A stretch of DNA of 64,000 bases from Octopus sinensis (taxonomy: Eukaryota): contig NC_043009.1 in NCBI RefSeq assembly GCF_006345805.1, positions 19,158,001 to 19,222,000 of the forward strand, written 5' to 3'. The notes below the pieces were generated by a model that saw only the letters and a list, made by a program, of their open reading frames with translations, did not search any database and was not told where the DNA came from. A program made the position numbers and the translations under genes. Shown piece by piece: positions 1-64,000 of this stretch (the stretch's first letter is position 1; every line of letters begins with the position of its first letter).

Positions 1-1005
1 TTTGTAGCTAGGATTGAGAGTATGTAGGCGACCTCTTTCAGTTTCTTTGGAACGTTTTCGTTCGTTGTATTAACGCTTCGATTTGACTTACGCGATGTTG
101 TCGTTCCACGCGTCTTTTCAGTGTGTATGTTAACTGTGATGATCGCTCACATTTTACCCTTAAAAGCTGAAGGTCTTTGCTGTGAAGTGTGAGCAAGTGC
201 AGTATCTAGACTTTGTTGGTGTACGCCCCAGACTAGTAACTTTCCATTACTTCTCTCAAGCGCCTCAGAACAGCCAATTAAAACTCTTTCGTTCAGCTGA
301 CAACGTGAAACACACTCATGTTGACTGACGCTTTTCCAACAAAAACAATCTATTATAATACATCGCTTACAATTGTAGCGATTCTCATTGTACGATGATG
401 GTCCCATCCACTGCAATGACTGCCTTTTCAGTTCGATTTTATAGCCATACACTTACATTTCGTCACTTGTTATGACGCTTTTCAGAAAGTTTTCATATGT
501 ACCCAAATGACCAAACAGCTCCTGGCTGAAAGTAATTTGGTTCTTTTCAGCTGACACGGCACGCATTTACAATATCACAATGCATCCTCTTTTCATTCAA
601 ATCATGTGGGAAGAATTTTCAGTCGCCTACTTCTTTAGAAGCTTCACAGGTATCCGGCGACGGTTTCCAGAGATAGCAGTGCGCACTTTTGAAATGTGAT
701 AGGTAACCGTTGTCGCCAAACGTTGATCACACTTTGAATCGACGTTGGAAGATGTTTTTCCTCATTTGAAACACTGGCACCACATGTGACATGCATATGA
801 ATCAAGCAACCTTCTCCATAGGTCTTTGGCATGGAGTGGTAACGTTACTATAAAAAGTTTTGTTTCCTAATTTGAAACAGGTTTTCACACAAAAGTGGCC
901 TTTTCCAAATTTTTCAGCAACTAGTGTTCTAAACAGGTGTTCACTTGACTTACGTGACGGATTCTAAGGCGGCAATTACGTTCAAAATCAACCACATACT
1001 GTACT
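1..1005 (-). mobile_element. Degraded Tc1/mariner transposon
   Basis: Minus strand near 480-400 reads SVITSDEM*VYGYKIELKRQSLQW, matching the mariner ITGDExW..Y..E.K.QS..W motif; many stops; boundaries approximate. Confidence 0.7.
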
Positions 1006-1080
1006 GCAGTCGCAAGCATGATGCACTGGATTATCGGGCTGCTTGAAAACATCTGTTTTTCGACAGATTACATATACGCG

Positions 1081-1180
1081 CGCACACACACACACACACA
1101 CACAAAAGCACACATACCTGTATGTGTGCGCACATGCATGTGTGTGTATATATATGTACTCATACATACATACACATATA

Positions 1181-1223
<43 letters not shown>

Positions 1224-1492
1224 TCAATATATACGTATATATTTCCACGCATACAAAACAGAAATCAATGTGTGTTTGCATATGTATTTAAAAACAATTG
1301 ACACATAATTGTACTATTAGCTATTAATATAATCATAAGTTTATAATGTCGCCAGTGTGTCTAGGTTTATCTACAAATATTTGTCTCAGATATTTGTAAG
1401 TCAATCATTCTTCCAAATTATTCTAATCCAACAGATCTTCAATTTTATATTGATTGTATTTATTTATGTATATATACACATGTGTGTATGTG

Positions 1493-1534
<42 letters not shown>

Positions 1535-1635
1535 TACTTATACATGCGCACATACATACACACACAAACACACACATATATATGTGTGTATCTACATCTA
1601 TATGTATATATGTATATATATATATATATATACAA
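1081..1635. repeat. Compound (CA)n/(TA)n microsatellites
   Basis: Direct reading; source of the spurious YI/HT ORFs. Confidence 0.95.
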
Positions 1636-1724
1636 TATTCATGATGTTTATATCCTAGTGCATTTCCCAGTCAACATCAAACTTACTAGAAGCGACTTAA
1701 GAAAACACACCAGATTACGAAGTC

Positions 1725-62854
<61,130 letters not shown>

Positions 62855-64000
62855 GGTAAGTTTATAAAAGCAGCAAAATTTCGTTGCCTTTTTTGCTCGT
62901 ATACTTTCTGTCTTTTCTATCCAAATTATTTGTCGTCTCCACATTTATTCTGAAAACCATAACTCTAATTAATAAATATATCGATGATAGTTATTGCCAC
63001 TCTGAGTTTAAAATGATTCAGAGAATGTAACTGTCAATCTAAGTGAGACACAGCTACCTAAAAAAGTTACTTAGCCAAGTGACATATGTCCATCTTGCAA
63101 TATATAATTACACAGAAATTAATTTGTTACGTTTGTCTTTTTCTCATGTTATATTTCACAATATGTATCGATAATTGATCCAGAGAACTTGATGTAGTAT
63201 TCTAAACATCAGGTATAAAATAAGAAAATCACCCAAACTATGGTAGTTGAATAACAGTTATGCCATTATTCAAACAAATGCTAGTTAATTCAGTTGGAAA
63301 CATCTCATCAAGGCTTTATCTATGAATTAAATTAATTACACCGGCGCTGCTCCAGCATAGCCACGGCCTTTAGGCTGGAACATATGAAAGAAATAAAAGA
63401 TATATATTGAAGTTCATTTATTTACATGTTTAAAAAATTCTTGTGGAATATAGTATTCAAATATATTCCGAAATCTGTACAACTTCGGTTTCAATAATAC
63501 TGTACATCGTATATATACATACTTACATATGGAATATAAAGACATAAGAGAAAGAAAATGGAAATTACAAGTCTCTTTATTCACGACTACGTTTCGACCT
63601 TTCATGTAGGTGAGATTTTGTGACATCAGGTAACTGAATACTGCGAACAGGCTTTAAACAGCATACTACAAAGTGTATATCCAAATATGAATTATTATAT
63701 ATGTGATATATGTATATATGTATGTTTCTTGACCGATCACCAAAGTTAAGCAACGTTGAGCTTTGTTAGTAGTTAGATGGGAGAAACCTTGAGAAACCTT
63801 GGAAAACTACCGTAAAAGATAAAAACATATATATATATATGATTCCCTAACTAGACAAGTATATAACAACATGACAGCCTATACTCGGTTAAATCCATAC
63901 TTATGTGTAGATGTACCCGAGTGATGCAGACTGCAAAATGGATGCGACACATGTTGAACGGAGTCCTAACAATAAGGGACAGTAGCAAGATGGGTCGAAA

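Overview
Repeat-dense animal genomic DNA, most likely octopus/cephalopod (inferred from SINE families and microsatellite density). One host gene, mostly invisible in the ORF track, spans almost the whole window on the + strand. I reconstruct 17 coding exons (1725-62854) with canonical, phase-consistent GT-AG junctions. They encode a ~617-aa secreted protein: signal peptide, 2 PAN/apple domains, a Thr-rich linker and 4 WSC domains. Each WSC domain is split over two exons and followed by an 18-21-nt microexon. Oddities of the gene: a 1-nt frameshift in the first PAN exon, one 3' splice site present as 8 identical tandem copies, and the stop codon inside the last microexon, which still has a donor. 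The introns hold nested mobile elements: about a dozen R4/Dong-type LINE pieces in (TAA)n, Tx1/L1-type and RTE LINEs, Penelope-like elements next to (TA)n carrying hammerhead ribozyme motifs (one with a U3-A8 compensatory core), a hAT element with TIRs and 8-bp TSD, mariner and Helentron-type relics, and SINEs. All calls were read by eye; TE boundaries are approximate.
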